A stretch of 64,000 nucleotides of DNA from Camelus ferus. Taxonomy: Eukaryota. The position numbers were made by a program, and so were the translations under genes. Position 1 is the first letter of the stretch, and every line of letters starts with the position of its first letter. The stretch is from the NCBI RefSeq assembly GCF_009834535.1, contig NC_045696.1, positions 4,342,001 through 4,406,000 of the forward strand, given 5' to 3'. Of this stretch, positions 23,340 to 36,658 are shown in pieces. Below the pieces are notes generated by a model that was given only the letters and a program-made list of their open reading frames with translations, searched no databases and had not been told where the DNA came from.

Positions 23340-25110
23340 CTCATCTAATCTCATAAACCCGTCTGTCCATCCGTCTTTCCAAGCACCCAGTATATATGGA
23401 CTGCCCAGGCCCTGGGGTAGAGAGGCTATGCTGCCTGCCCTGGAGGACCTAACAGCCCAGTGTGCAGCAGGGGGGACGCTGACTAGAAGAGAGCGCCGTG
23501 ATGGAGAAGCAGATGTGCTATGGGAACAACTCACTCAGCCTACGAATGTTCTCCTAACGCCCTGAGCATCTCCTATGTGCCGGGCGTTGAGACACAACGG
23601 AGAATGGGGCCCCTAAGATCCCGCCTTCATGGTGCTTCCATTCTAGCAGGGAGACAGAAAGTAGACAGGTCGGCCCTTACCATGGGCATCAGTGTCAGGC
23701 AATGATTTTTCCAGCACGGGGTGGAGGAGGGGACGGGGAAGGGAAGGGCTGTGCTGGCTCAGGGGTGAGGGGTGGTGTCTGTAAGAACGTGACATGTGAA
23801 CAGAGACAAGAAAGTCAGGGCATGAAACTCAGGATGGCCCAAAGGTGGCACCAGCAAGCACCAACGCGCAAAGGGAGCTTCTGCTTAAGGAAGCGGGAGG
23901 CTGGAGAGACGTGAGGCAGGGTGGGATCCGGTGGGAATGAGGCCCAGGAGAGGCTGAGTGGGAGCAGGTGTGGGGCCATGCGAACTTCACAGGAGCTAGG
24001 GTTTTTCTTTTTACTATTTATTTGTTTTGGGGTGGGATGGAAGGTCGTGGGAAAATTTTGTGCAGGAGAAAGACAAGATCTGATTTTTGCTTTTCCTTAA
24101 AGAAAAGCACTGCTCTGCCTCCCACATTGAAATGAGACCACGGGGGGAGCAAGAGAGGAAGTCAGTGCCCTACAGAGCCTTCCGGGCACAGGATGGTGGA
24201 GGCTGCAGTGGGGCGGTGTGGGGACATCTGTACAAAATACAGAGAAGCTTCCAGGCGTGTTGGGAATCTTCAGCCTCACTGCTGAGTTGGATGTCTGGAG
24301 CAGAGGATGAGAGGAGGCCAAGGTGGATTGAACAACCAGAAGATCAGAGTTGTTGAAGTGGGGAGGACTTTGGGAGTAGCAGGGCTCGAGCTGAGCAGCC
24401 CAGGTCCATCCTTGGCCACGCGTGTTCCAGATGTCTCTTTATCATTGAAGTGGAGATACTGAACAGGCAGCTAGGTACATGAGTCTAGAGTTAGGGAGCG
24501 GTTTGAGCTGGGACTGTACATTGGGGAATTGTTGGCTTGCAGGAGGCGCTGAGAGCAGCGAGACTCGATAAGCTCATTAAAAGAATAAGTGTAAGGATAG
24601 ACGCAGGTCCGGGGACTAAGCCCGGAGCAACCGGCACTGAGATGCTGGGAGGGAAGGAGGGGCAGGGATCGGCTGGTGAGGCTGGGAAGTGCAGACAGGG
24701 ACAGAGAAGGAACACTAGACGGGCCTGAAGTCCAGGAAGGCAGGTGAAGGATGTGTTCAGAAAGGATGGGGTGATCACCCGTGTCACATGCACTGAGAGG
24801 TCAAGGAGGATGGAGGAGACGCCCACGAGGCTTGGCAAGACGGATGTCACCGTCACTCCTGACAATTGTGAACCTGAGCAGAGTGGGTCCAGTGGAGTGG
24901 GAGGTGAGGAGGTGGAGGCAGCCAGCATAGACGACTGTTTTGGGGAGTTTTGCTATAAAGAGAAAGGGAGATATGAGGGGGTAGATGAAGGTGAGTGTGA
25001 GGCCAAAGGAGACATTATACAGAAAAGGGACATTACATCACATGTGTGGGTTAAAAAAGCGATTCCATAGAGAAGAAAAGACTTGACGGGGGACCAAAGT
25101 GAGGAGATGG
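23340..25110 (-). mobile_element. LINE-2 remnants (short 3' end, then a ~1.5 kb L2)
   Basis: ctgagcatctcctatgtgccggg, ccttcatggtgcttccattctagcagggagacag, gtggagatactgaacaggcagct, ttttggggagttttgctataaag are typical antisense L2 motifs. Confidence 0.75.
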
Positions 25111-25441
25111 CCTGCAGCAGAGGTGAGAGGGAGGGGGCAGAGGCCAAAGCAGGGGCGAGGAGAAACGGCTGTACCAGGAGGGAAGGCAGTGTGCGTGGGT
25201 GCAGAGGCAGGGCGGAGGGGCTGAGGGGGGAGAAGGGAGCAGGAGAAAGTCCAGAGAGGCAGGTGACTCGAGACTCACTCGGGGTCTCCAGCTGAGCAGT
25301 CTTAGGACCGAGGTCTCCTGACTCCAGCTGACACCCCCATTTCAAGGCTCTCACCTCCAGATTTGACTTTGAATTAGCCTCCACCTCCAGATGCATACTT
25401 TATCTTTGACAGACAATGTTTCCTTCTGGACTGGCCCTTTT

Positions 25442-25905
25442 TCGGTAGACAGGACAATAGATCCCCCAAAACGTCTACATCCCACTTTCTGAAACCTGTG
25501 GATATGTTACTTTATAGGACAAAAGGGACTTTACAGATTCCATTAGGGTTTTAAGATGGGGAGGTGATCCTGGATCTTGCGGGTAGGCAGATGCAGGGTC
25601 CTTATAAGAGGGACGCAGGAGGGTCAGAGTCAGAAAAGGGGATGTGACAGTGGAAACAGAGGTGGGAGGGTCACACTTTGAAGATGGAGGGAGGTGGCTG
25701 CAAACCAAGGAATGTGGGCAGACAAGCTGGAAGAGGCAGGGAAATGGATTCTCCCCTAGAGACTCCAGAAGGAATGCAGCCCTGCTGAAACCCTGATTTT
25801 AGTCTCGTCAGACTCATTCCAGATTTCTGACCTCCAGGACAGTAAGATGACTGATGTTGTTTTAAGCCACTAAGTTGGTGGTCATCTGTCACAAGAACTA
25901 ACACA
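25442..25905 (+). mobile_element. MaLR LTR (MLT1D-like)
   Basis: aacctgtggatatgttac...aaaagggacttt...tttgaagatggagg...gattctcccctagagactccagaaggaatgcagccctg...aactaacaca. Confidence 0.9.
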
Positions 25906-27439
25906 ACTTCTATGAGAATTTGTCAGGTCTGAGATCTATTGTTTTGAAGACCAGTTCCCACTCATCTGGTACACTTTGTGAAAACGTAAAATCTTGGTGA
26001 GAGCACTGGGCTGCTAATTGTGGCTCCTCTTTTGGAGATGAGGACGGGCTGGTGAGAGCAATTGTGGGCAGACGGTGACTTTGGCTGCCGTCATGTTGGA
26101 GGCCAGTCATCCCACCAGCGCTGCTGCACGGGCCCCGCCTGCCGTGTCTGCTCTGCCAGTGCGCACGGTAAAATGAGTCACTTAGATAAGCATTGTGGCC
26201 AGGACCAGGGGGAAGGGATGGCCTCAGCTCTGTGCCCTGACCTGTGCCCCAGCGGCTAAGGCACTGATCCACCCCATCCTCCTGCCCCTTTTCTCAAACA
26301 GAAGGTCTGTAGGACCCATGGGGCTGCCTTCAGAGTAAGACGGGTCAGAGGCCTTCCACATCATCTCACTGGGATTTACAGCATGTCCTCTATTTATCAT
26401 GTTGGGATTTCTCCAAGGGAACCTCAAGAAGTCTGCCATCATGTGGCTTTTTGTCATGCTGTTGTTCTTAAACTAGTGTAAGCTGTTCATTGCCATCCTT
26501 CCCTAACGTTAGTGTGTTCGTTTTCTCCCTGCAGACCCTTGGACTGTTCTGTGATGGGTGAGATTTCACACGTCAGAGATAGACATATACTGTGATAATC
26601 AACGAACGTTAACAGGTGGGCGGTGGAGTCAACGGAACGTTTCCCGTAACACTCGGGGTGGGGGTTTTCCTCGTCTTCTCCACGATCTCTCCATTCCCCA
26701 TGCTTCTTCCCTTTGTGGTTAGAAACAGAGGGAAACGGTAGCATTCCATGTCCTGTCATTCATAAGTCAGGCGCGAAGTCGTGGTCCTAGAGGGGTCATT
26801 GAAGTTTCGTCCCATCACAGCTCTGCGGTGGGAAGGTCAGCCCGTCGCCAGGCTTTGGTAAATATTGCAGAATGAGGTATGTTCACCATCCGCGTTGGAA
26901 CTTAAAAGTGCTCCAGTGAGCCAATAAATTAAAAAGCAAAGGAAAAAATAACCAAAATATGAATACAAGAGGGCAGAACTTGCCCGCAGCCTCCGTGGGA
27001 AGCTCAGAGTTGGGCGCCTTCACCACAAAGGAAGGAGGCAGAGACTCCGGTCAGTGAAACCTGTGCCCTCACCTTCGGTGCAGGAAGGGTGCCAGAGCCC
27101 CTGGTTGGAGTCACTGAGGATGGGGCGTTTGAGAGCTGCAGCCTCCTCTGGCTGAGCACGGGAGCCCCGGAAGAGGGAGGGGTGGCCTCTGAGCATGGCC
27201 CTGGTGGGCAGCCCCGCGGGGGCAGGCAGGAGGCGACTTGCAGCAGGAGGATGGGGCACAGCGTAGCCTCTGCAGCAAGCCCGTCCCTGTCGGGGGACAA
27301 GCTCCGGCATCTCTAGTGAGCCTGTTAGACCCCCTCCACTGCCACCGCCGGAGGGGCGCTGCTCTCTGCCCCTGGGCCTCCACGTGCTCCTCTTGCGCTT
27401 TCCGGGATCTGTGCTTGCATGCCGCTCATTTTAAGAGCT

Positions 27440-27528
27440 GGGTCAGTGTGTCATTTATCCTACCTCCCCAGGTGGCGTCCCAGCCTGGCTCATAGTTGAC
27501 GCTCAGTAAATGCTGGATGTGTGAATAA
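27440..27528 (+). mobile_element. LINE-2 3' tip
   Basis: gcctggctcatagttgacgctcagtaaatgctggatgtgtgaat. Confidence 0.55.
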
Positions 27529-27544
27529 GGGGGGACCTCTAATC

Positions 27545-27740
27545 CGGGGGGTTGGCAAAATATGGCCTTTGGACCAAATCTGGGCCCTAAACTGCTCTTG
27601 TAAATAAATTTTTGTTGGACCACAGCTACACTCACTCGTCTGCATTTTGCCTACGGTACCCTCCAAAGGCTGCCATTCTGTCACCCAGAAAGCCTAAAAC
27701 ATTTTCACTCCGGTCCTGTACATTAAATGTTTGGGTCATG
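27545..27740. mobile_element. MER58A hAT-Charlie MITE
   Basis: ggggttggcaaaatatggcc...ttgtaaataaatttttgttggaccacagc...aaagcctaaaacatttt. Confidence 0.85.
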
Positions 27741-28481
27741 TACTCTAAGGCAATTGCATCTGCTGGTGGTACTTGTTTCTTAGAGCAAATTATCATGACA
27801 TATTGAGAATCTTTTGGAAGTTTCCTAATTTATCCCTTGAAATTACTGGAGACAGCCCAAGCCAAATAAATTCAGGGTTGAGAATTAATACAAATTGTTC
27901 CCTTCACTCAGGACCAGACTGTTCTTGGACTCTGAGGATTTCCTGCCCCTCAAAGTCTGGGGAGGGCTCAGCAGGGCTAGAATTAAGCAGGAAATACTGA
28001 AAACAGCTTTCTGATCTCAAATTATGTCTTGGTTCACTTGTGCATACTACCTAAAATTTCATCCAACACCTCTGTGGATATGAAGAACATGATTTCTTTA
28101 TATTTTATTTTTTAAACTTCCCTCTTCACTGTGATCTGAGATTGGTGATGATGATGAAATAGATGCTTTGAGAAGGTGCACATGTGTGGTTCTCAGGGTG
28201 GTGAGGGGTGTTGTGGAAAATGAGGAATGCAGCAGGGTCAGTTTGGAGTTGGGACCATTTGGAGGGAGAAAGTTCTAGGTGGCTTCTTAGAGTTGAGACT
28301 TTAAGGGAGGAGAAGGCAGCAGTCTCTGGGTGCCTGGAGATTTAGGAAGAGTCACATAGAGGAGGGTAGCAGGTGTGTGTGTGGCGGGGTGTGACACCAG
28401 ACACATTTCTCTTCTGGTGTGTGCCCTGTGTCACCTGCTGCAAACAGGACCTTCACATCAACTGGGCAAATACTTGCAATC

Positions 28482-28721
28482 CAGTGGTCCCCAGCGGAGG
28501 GCAGTTCTGCCCGCTAAGGCACATTTAGTAACATCTGGAAACATTTTTGGTTGTCAGATCTGGCGGGGATGGGCACGGTTGTCTAGTGAGCAGAGGCCGG
28601 GATGCCGCTAATATCCCACAACACACAGGAGATCCCCTCCGCCGACAAGCCCTCCGCGCACAGACACAGCAAAAAGTCATCTGGCTCCGTATGTCAGTGG
28701 TGCTGAGATTGAGAAACCCGG
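28482..28721. mobile_element. MER20 hAT-Charlie MITE
   Basis: catctggaaacatttttggttgtca...tctagtgagcagaggccgggatgccgctaa...atgtcagtggtgctgagattgagaaaccc. Confidence 0.88.
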
Positions 28722-30019
28722 ATCCAGTCCTTGGCATGCCCACACGCGTCCTTTGTCATGATGAAAGATGTTTGGAGAGAAACTGGGCATGGAAAGGTAC
28801 CTGCTTGGCTGGGGCCTCGTACGAATTTTTGCCTAGGAGATTGCGAAGCAATTAGATGGGGCATCTACATTCTGTTTGGGAAGAATAGGAAGAATTATCT
28901 TGTCATCACAGGCCAATTATCCTGTGAATATTTTGGCAGCACATTGTGTTTTGCTGTGTAATTGCAATTAACATGTAAGTGATCCAGTGCTTCTGGTGTG
29001 TGTCATCCCTGCTCGGAAAAACCCATGACTAACGCTGAGGTGACAGCTGCACGTGTGTGACCTGTGACTAAAGGGGAGGCGGCACAGGATCCGCCGCATG
29101 GCTGGCTTCTCACCTGGCCCCAAGCTCTCACAGTCATGTTTTTAGATGAATTTTAGGTAGCAATGTACAAGGGGGCTTGAAAGCAGTGGTAAATTATCCA
29201 CATTGAGAATGGTCTTGCGAAAGTGTGGATATGTGATTTTTCTTTCTTGGAAGGACTTTCAGGTCCAATACTGATTTTTTGCAAAGGCCAGTACGTTCTT
29301 GGTGGCAGAGAATATCAACAGAATACAACTCTCTGCCCACTCATTTAAATGTTCCAATCTGGATTAATTCTTTTTTAACAAATGTAGCTGTCATTTTTCT
29401 ATTAGTTCTTGGGGGTGTACATTTTTCTGTAGTACTTAACTCCGATAGAGTTCCCACTGTTGTGCGCATTTGAGTATCTACCAAAATAATAATCAATGCT
29501 CTGAGCTTTCCATAGTGATTTGCTAATTTTCTTCATTGAGTAAATTTTCTGAAGATGTTTTGTTTTTGAATTGAATTCCTTTTCTTCTCTGTAGTCATCT
29601 GCAGCAGCAAAAGAGGGACGTTAGAGAATATGGGTGTTGAGCGGGGCTTTGGCCAGACCCTGGCATGCTGCTGACTCTCAGCGGAGTGTCCCTGTGAGTG
29701 GCTGGCGTGTGCTAAACCCGGTTCCCCCATCTTGCACATAGACTCAGGCTCAGGCAGGTGGGGACACCCCAGCTCTATCGTCCATCCTTCTGAATTCAAT
29801 AACTCAATTTCATCAGAGCCTGTGGTGCCCTGTGTTTCTTTGTTTCACTCACACTTGGTAAACCTGCATGAGAGCAATGTGTAAACCCTCAGGCAAAGGT
29901 GCTGATTTCAGGAATTCCAGCACTCAGACCCTTCCAAGGATGAATCAGTTATGGTCCCCTGGCCCGTATTCCATAGCCTGGCTTCCCCCCACCCTCAACC
30001 AATTAGTTGACGATGAGAA

Positions 30020-30270
30020 TAGCATCTTCTAGTTACCCAGCTCACCTGGGTTGGCTTCTGATGCCAGAGGTCTTTACCTCCCCTCTGCAGTCAGCCACCG
30101 AGTTGTCTGGTTGCTTTCCCTATTTCTTTATCATGCCTCCTGCGTCTCTGCATTTTCTTTTGGCTCCCACAGCCTCATAACCTAAGTCAGGTCTGGGCTG
30201 ATGCAATTATCTCATTTCCAGGCCACCACATCCTGGATGCTAGCGGCCAGATTCATCTTCTAAAGCCCAG
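30020..30270 (+). mobile_element. Degenerate LINE-2 fragment
   Basis: catcttctagttacccagc...cagtcagccaccgagttgtc...gccagattcatcttctaaagc resemble L2 sense motifs. Confidence 0.45.
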
Positions 30271-31559
30271 GCACGCAACACAAGACTCAAGTGACAAGCG
30301 TTGTCTTCCCTGAGAATTCTTCATTTACAAAAGGGAAAATCATTATTAATGTTACTATCATTATGAGTTTACAGATTGAGTTTTCAAAATCAAATCAGAA
30401 CTCTGGTCCCACATCAGCTGTGCAGACCCTGCTGTCACTAATTGACTGGTGTTTCTGTGTTTTAAAAAATTTCAAAGCATTCATATATGCATTATCTCCC
30501 CCAGCACACTTAAAGAATAATTTGGCCAAAAAGAGTGATTTGCACACACTCTTTCAGAAATGTACAGGAAGTGTCTACTAGAATTGTCCCAAGGGATATT
30601 CATGCATTGTGTGAGTTTGAAAATACAGTCTTTGTTATCCACTTTATGCATAAGCACAGGACCGCCCTCTGAATCCAGCCCCCTTCCCAGGTCCCCTTGT
30701 TAGTTTCTGCCACCATCACGTTTCCCGTATCCTGTCTAATTAAGCTCCAGTCCTGCACTCTCTTCTGTACCATCATTTCCTAATGGTGGTCTCTGAGCTG
30801 CTGGCTTAATAACCTAGACAATAACACACTTTGTGCAGAAGCGTTGATAATGGCTGCGGACTTGTCATCCACGCTGTGGGTGTTTTCACCTTTAGAAACA
30901 CAATAACGTGTATCTCATACTGACTCTGAGTCCAGCGTGTGATCTTACTTTCTTCTCAAGCGCTGATTTCTTCTTGCCACGATTGCTGTTGCCACCGGTC
31001 AAAATGCTTTGGGGAAACCTCTCTGGTTTTCTTGGCCCGTGTATTTACAGTCTTGTGCCCAAGCCCCTCGCCTCCCTCTCCTCAGGCTTCGTTACCACTC
31101 ACTCACCTCATTCAGCACTTGAAACTCTGGCTGTACACATGTTAATTTTTCTGTTTCACGGAAATGCACGCTCAGTGTGGGATATCGCACGCGCGGAGCA
31201 AGCCGAAGCAGAGTTGGTCACCAGAAACTCGCCACCTTGGAACAACTTTTGCTGACATTTTGCATGCTTTCATCCAGACTTTTAAAAATACACTTACTCA
31301 TTTTTTTTTTAAACATAGTTAAGGACAAATATAATCCTGACAGGCAAAAATAGCGAGCGGAATATCAATTCAAATAAATTCTGGTCTTTTGTTCAATGGG
31401 TATTTTTACCGTCACAGGTTTAGAGGGGCCTGGCTTAGCATACGCTGAGATGAAGACTATCTTGTTTTTTCAGTTGTTTGCAAACAGAATGTAGGGAAAT
31501 ATTGCCAACACAATCTTAAGATTAACTGAGACAAATACAGTGTCCAGATGAAGCGAGGT

Positions 31560-32055
31560 AATCTAGAGCATTTTTGATTGCACACTATCATTTGAAAACC
31601 ATTTTTGAGCATGTGCTACAATATACATTTATTTGTATATATATTTATTTACTAATCATATACATGTAGCTATAGTAATGTATTTTACTTCTATGTATTA
31701 TCATTTTTCCATCACATACATACATATACATACATATATATCTAAATACATACATGTAATTAAAGTAATATATCTTATATTTATGTGTATAAAATATACT
31801 ATGTTTTGTATTTTAATATTTATGTATATCAAATAAATATACTATATGTATATAAAGATATATATACTATACATATAATATATTACTATAGTTATGTTTA
31901 TGTAATTAATAGATACAGCTGTATGATATGTAAGTATGTGTATATGTACTTACATATACTAGGTAAAAATAACACATAAAAGTTGTTATTTGTATTTTTT
32001 ACATTTTGATGAATCATCTCACTCATCCCTGGGGTGTTTGTGTTGGAAGTCATTG
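31560..32055. mobile_element. MER96B-like hAT element with expanded AT-rich low-complexity core
   Basis: Left end tttttgattgcacactatca...tttttgagcatgtgc, right end catccctggggtg...ttggaagtcattg; the core is (TA/TACA)-rich. Confidence 0.6.
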
Positions 32056-34204
32056 ATCTAAAATAGTGTCCTTGGCTCTGGGCATCCCAATATGTGACTC
32101 TTACTAGAGACTGTTGCCTGAGATGGCGAGTGGTCTGGGGAACAGTCGCCAGGGGGCAGCTGGGAGACTGGATCTGCTCAGCAACTCTGCCAGAGACCTG
32201 AGACCCCATGGTCACGCTCATTGTCGGGTATCGCAAAAGTAGAGAAGGTGTGACAAGCAGAGTAAGTCACGGAAAGTGTCCCGGTACCACGGAAAGTGTC
32301 AGATTTATCTCCACCCCCTGGCTTTTTACCTCTTCTGTGAACATTCCACATGTGCGTGTGATGTGAAATTTAAGACCGTAGCCTAGCATTCCCGGAACGA
32401 GAGGAGGCTTGGATGGGCATTCCTGGTGCTAAAAGACCACCTGGAAGCATTGTAAGTCACAGTGGCTCCAGTTAGCGAACCATCATGTCATGTGTTAACA
32501 CTCAAGTCATGTGTGATATTTCAAAACCCACATTATCACTTCTGGCAACTTTAAGTGTAATAAAGATGGAGGAATGGATAGGAAAGACCTTTGATATTAT
32601 TAAAAGATACGTCTTGAAAACTTAATACATACCCCAGCTCTCACATGCAATGGTAACACATAATTTCCCCCATGGAAGTGCATACGGTGGGCTTGCCAGA
32701 GACCGAGGCACTGCTGAATGGCCCTCCCAATCTTGAGTATGCACGGTGCCTGCACCCTTAGCAGGAGCTGCTGCCTCCTGACGCTGCCTCTCTTTCCTTG
32801 CAGCACCAATGCCAGCACCAGCCAGTGGCTTGCTTTCGTGGCCATTCGTTTCTCCAGGAAGAGGAAGAGTTTCATCAGTTCATAAGAGCTACTCACTATG
32901 ACAGGGAGCAGAGAATCACCTGGGTATTTGCAAATGGGGATGCTGGGTGGTCAGCAGGCTTATTCCTCAGCCGAATGACTTGTTCCAGCAGGCCAACTTC
33001 CTAGCTGGCATCCAAAGACGGGCCTCTGCAGTCACAAGTCATCCTATGGCATGGACACTAAGGATTGAGAAGGACAATAAACTTCATTCTTCAATGTTGA
33101 AGAGAGTGTGTGATCTCTGCTATTTCTCCTTAGTTATCTGGCATCCTGGGGGTGGCTCCAGCCCCCTGAGTAGTCATACAGTAGCTGAGACTTAAGGTAC
33201 CTTAAATATGATCTTACTACCCATCTCAAGTGGCAGAAGAGGCATTCGGGGCTGGAGGTTGTGATAGCGAGAATCCACTAATCCCAACCCTGCAATCCCC
33301 TAATCCTCTGTTTCCTTATCTGCACAAAGGCACAGTGGGGAGAAGATTGGAGGTAATTTGCATAACATGCCCGGAATTAATGAAACAATCTATGGAGAGA
33401 GGACCCCTCCTAAACCAAGGCTGGAATCCAGAGCTGCTGGGTCATCATCCTGCCCATCTGGCCAAGGCTGTGGGCTTGACCTGCGACCACAGGAAATGCT
33501 GCTCACACTTCGTAATGACACATGGCGCCATCTTTCTAAGTATCAGATTTTCCCATTTCGTTTCTTTCTGCACGGTCAGCCCTAAATTCGGAGGCAATAA
33601 TGCCACATGTGAGTTCTGTAAGTTGCTACAAAATTTCCCATCAGTGAGATATGAATGCAAAGTCGCTCTGTAATAAACAAAAAGTATTGTGTATAATTTC
33701 CCACTGGTCTTTTTTGTTAATCGGGCTCTTACTGTTGAAGCCTTTAATGCAGAGAATAAATGAATAACTGGCTTTTATGCACGGCCTCCTTTCATTATGT
33801 TCAAGGGCTCAAAATTGAAAATGAACTATTTTTAGATCTTACATTATGATATAAAGGATTGTTTATTGCTGGTAATGCAGGAAGCAAATTGCATTTCAGC
33901 TTCTGCCTGGTTTTTCCGTGGAGGCTTGAACGAGCTTCCATTCTTGCTGATTCATTAATTACGGCCCAAAGCGACTTGAGCCAAGTCTGATCATTTTTAA
34001 ACATGGAACATGGTTCTCAAACATTTCTAGTACAATTTAAGTTCAAATCCTGCTTTTGCCAATCAGGGCGGTGGTCCTTAGATGAACCAAATCAAAACTT
34101 TCATATGTGAGCCCTGTTGGAGTAAAAACATAGAAAGTGAGATATTATGTAAAAGGAAGACACAACTTCCTTATGATGGTTTCTGCCCCAAAGACTGGTT
34201 TTCT

Positions 34205-34341
34205 TGTATAGTTTGTTTTATGAGGGGGCAGGCATTAGGTTTGTTCATTGATTTCTGCTTGGAGGAGGTCCTGGGGACTGAACCCAGGACCTCTTGTGTG
34301 CTGAGCATGCGCTCTGCCACGGAGCTGTACGCCCCCCACCC
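34205..34341 (-). mobile_element. tRNA-derived SINE (Vic-1-like)
   Basis: ggaggtcctggggactgaacccaggacc...gcatgcgctctgccacggagct; TSD ccccaaagactgg(t/c)tttct at 34186-34204 and 34339-34357. Confidence 0.9.
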
Positions 34342-34879
34342 CAAAGACTGGCTTTCTGCGCCTTCTCTCCTTCCTCTTCGTTCTCTTCCAAGTCCCATCT
34401 TCCTCTCTGGTTTTTCTTTTATCTTTCTCTGTTTTCTTGTTCTGATTCATGTTCCGATATCACAACTCTTTTTTGTTTAACGTGGCGGAATATCTAGAGC
34501 CTCACCCCGTGGATCTTGTACCTCTAGTATCTGATGTGGTGGAAACAGAAACAGCGCACAGAAAACAACTATGAACTCAACAACCTCTTACGGTAAGTTT
34601 TATGTAATTCATGACAATGGCTTCCAAATACATTTAAAAGACTTTACATATAAACATGCGAAAAATTATTCTTTCATCTCATGGGCACTTAAGGGACATC
34701 TGATAATACAGCTGCAGCTGCCCATAGGTTGGGCACCAATGAACTCGTGATATGTTAAGTTTTCATTTATTTATTTGTTAACTGTTTACTGGCTGCCAAC
34801 CAGGTCTTGGGAACCACAGGTAGAGAGATGGACAAGAGGTAATTCTCGCCTTCAGGTGGATACATGTGGACAAAAGCGA

Positions 34880-35085
34880 GGCTGGGAAGTGGGGTGCCTC
34901 GGTTGGAGTCCTTCTCCCAGCACTTGGTCGCTTCGTGACACTGGGTAAGTCTGTTCACCTCTTTGTACGTTGTCAGTTTTCTCCCCTGTAAAGCGGAAAT
35001 AAGATTAGTAGCCTCCTTCACTGGGTTGTGGCAAGAATTAAATGAGTGACAGTGCATGAAGCATTTGGAAGTGGCAGGCACCATT
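34880..35085 (+). mobile_element. MIR SINE
   Basis: gtgacactgggtaagtc...tcagttttctcccctgtaaagcgg...gggttgtggcaagaattaaatgag. Confidence 0.85.
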
Positions 35086-35199
35086 ATATTTGTATGTGGC
35101 GGGAAGGGTGTGGCCACGGGTCCTACCCCACCAGCCAGTGCCTGCGCACCAGGATCTTACCTTTGGCTGAATGTTGGCTCTCAGTTCCCTTCTCTTTAA

Positions 35200-35630
35200 A
35201 CAAAATGTGTCCCAAAGGGGCATAGGGAAGCAGCTGCCAAGGAGGAACAGGAAGTTCAAACATTTACTGGGAAGTTGAGGGGGAGGAGCAGAGTAGGGGA
35301 CAGCCTCAGCGCCTGATGCTGAGCGACACCTGTGAAGGCAGGGGGTAAGCGGGGAGGATGGGTGGGAGGGGCCTCAGACTCCCCTGTCCCTCTGAGAAGT
35401 CCTCATAGGGCTCCGGGGGACCCCAGAGCAGAGACAGCCTGAGGAGGAGTCCTGCGTCATCGGGCAGGAGAGCTCAGTGTTGCTGGAGCAGTGCCGGGGG
35501 GCCAGGCGCCAGGTGATGGCTGCGGTGGTCCTGAAGGTGCAGCTGCCAGAGGCCAGCCTCTCAGGGGCTCCTCGTGGCAGGCTCTCCCAGCAGGGAGGTC
35601 TGAGCAGCACCTCTCCATGGTGGCTCCCAG
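35200..35630 (-). mobile_element. Old ERVL LTR (LTR16/LTR33 group)
   Basis: gcctcagcgcctgatgctg..gacacctgtgaagg...ggaggatgggtgggaggggcctcagact...gggctccgggggaccccagagcagaga; subfamily uncertain. Confidence 0.55.
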
Positions 35631-36479
35631 GACCCGCAGCCTTCCATCTAACCGCCAGGAACTTTCCTAAGAAGCCTAGGTATATGTCAGGGTGGGGGGC
35701 GATGTCTGCCCAGTGCTCCAGTCCCAGCCCCTCTCCAGCACTCCACTGTCTCAGCCACCTGGGCACTTGCTCTGGTCCTAAGCCTCCAGGGTGACTCCTC
35801 CTGCTGCCCAAAGTCTCCTGGAACAAGTCTCTCGTGAGCACAGCTCCCTCAGCTCCGGGTCCAGCCCCCTCTGCCCAGTGACTCAAACCTGGCCCTTCAC
35901 TCGGTGCAGGGATGGCCCACCCCACCCATTCCTCCTTTCTTCCCCAGTCTCCTCTCCCCAAGTGCCTCTGCGGGAAGCAAGCCTGCGGCCAGCTGGTCTA
36001 TCCTTTTCCCCCTGCCCCCTGCGCCATGCTGATGGGTCACCAGCCCTCAGACAGACAACCAGAGGGGCTCAGCGAAGGAGCCCCAACCATCCAGGGGCCC
36101 CGGGCTCCCAGGGAAGGCTTTCCCCACAGAGGGAGCTCCTTCCCAAAGGATGGAGGGGAGCGGCAGAGGGAGGAAGGTGCGCTCTGGGAGATGGCCTGCA
36201 GGGGCCACGGGGCAGACCTTCTTCCTGTGCCTTTGCTTCTCCTTCTGGTGAGCATGTGGCCATCCCTGCCTCGGTTTCTAGGGAACAAGTAAGGCACTTC
36301 TGCAGCGGGGACACGCAGCTCGTCAGAGCTGGACAAATGCTTGCAACTCAGAGAACAAAAGGGCCATTTTTGCCGCAGCTTTTCTCTCTCCTCTCTGAGG
36401 CAGGTGCTACGTTGCACGGTGGGAACGGGCAGGAAAACTCAGCAGCTGTTTTTCTCCAGACCAGCAGTTGCTAGGAGCT

Positions 36480-36658
36480 CAGTGGTCCTCAGACTTGAGG
36501 TGCCTCCAAGTCACTTGGAGGGCTTGTTCAAAACGCAGGTGGCTGGGCCCCATCCAGGATTTCTCATTCAGTGAGTCTGGGGTGGGGACCAGCAATCCGC
36601 TTTCCTAACCAGTGCCCAGGGCAGGCTGTGCCAGGGACCACACTTTGAGAACTGCCAT
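36480..36658. mobile_element. MER5A-type hAT MITE
   Basis: cagtggtcctcagacttgag...tcacttggagggcttgtt...tctggggtgggg...gggaccacactttgagaac. Confidence 0.88.

Noticed and set aside
26340..26478. Hydrophobic open frame (EAFHIISLGF...MWLFVMLLFLN)
   Set aside because: Short, no clear start or splice context, and no recognisable family
32803..32922. Candidate coding exon (acceptor tctttccttgcAG, frame HQCQHQPVACF...)
   Set aside because: Weak donor (TGG|GTATTT), no recognisable homology and no partner exons
35374..36474. Longest ORFs (195 aa and 227 aa)
   Set aside because: GC-rich, stop-poor sequence partly within an old LTR; low-complexity P/S/G/A/R composition and no recognisable domain
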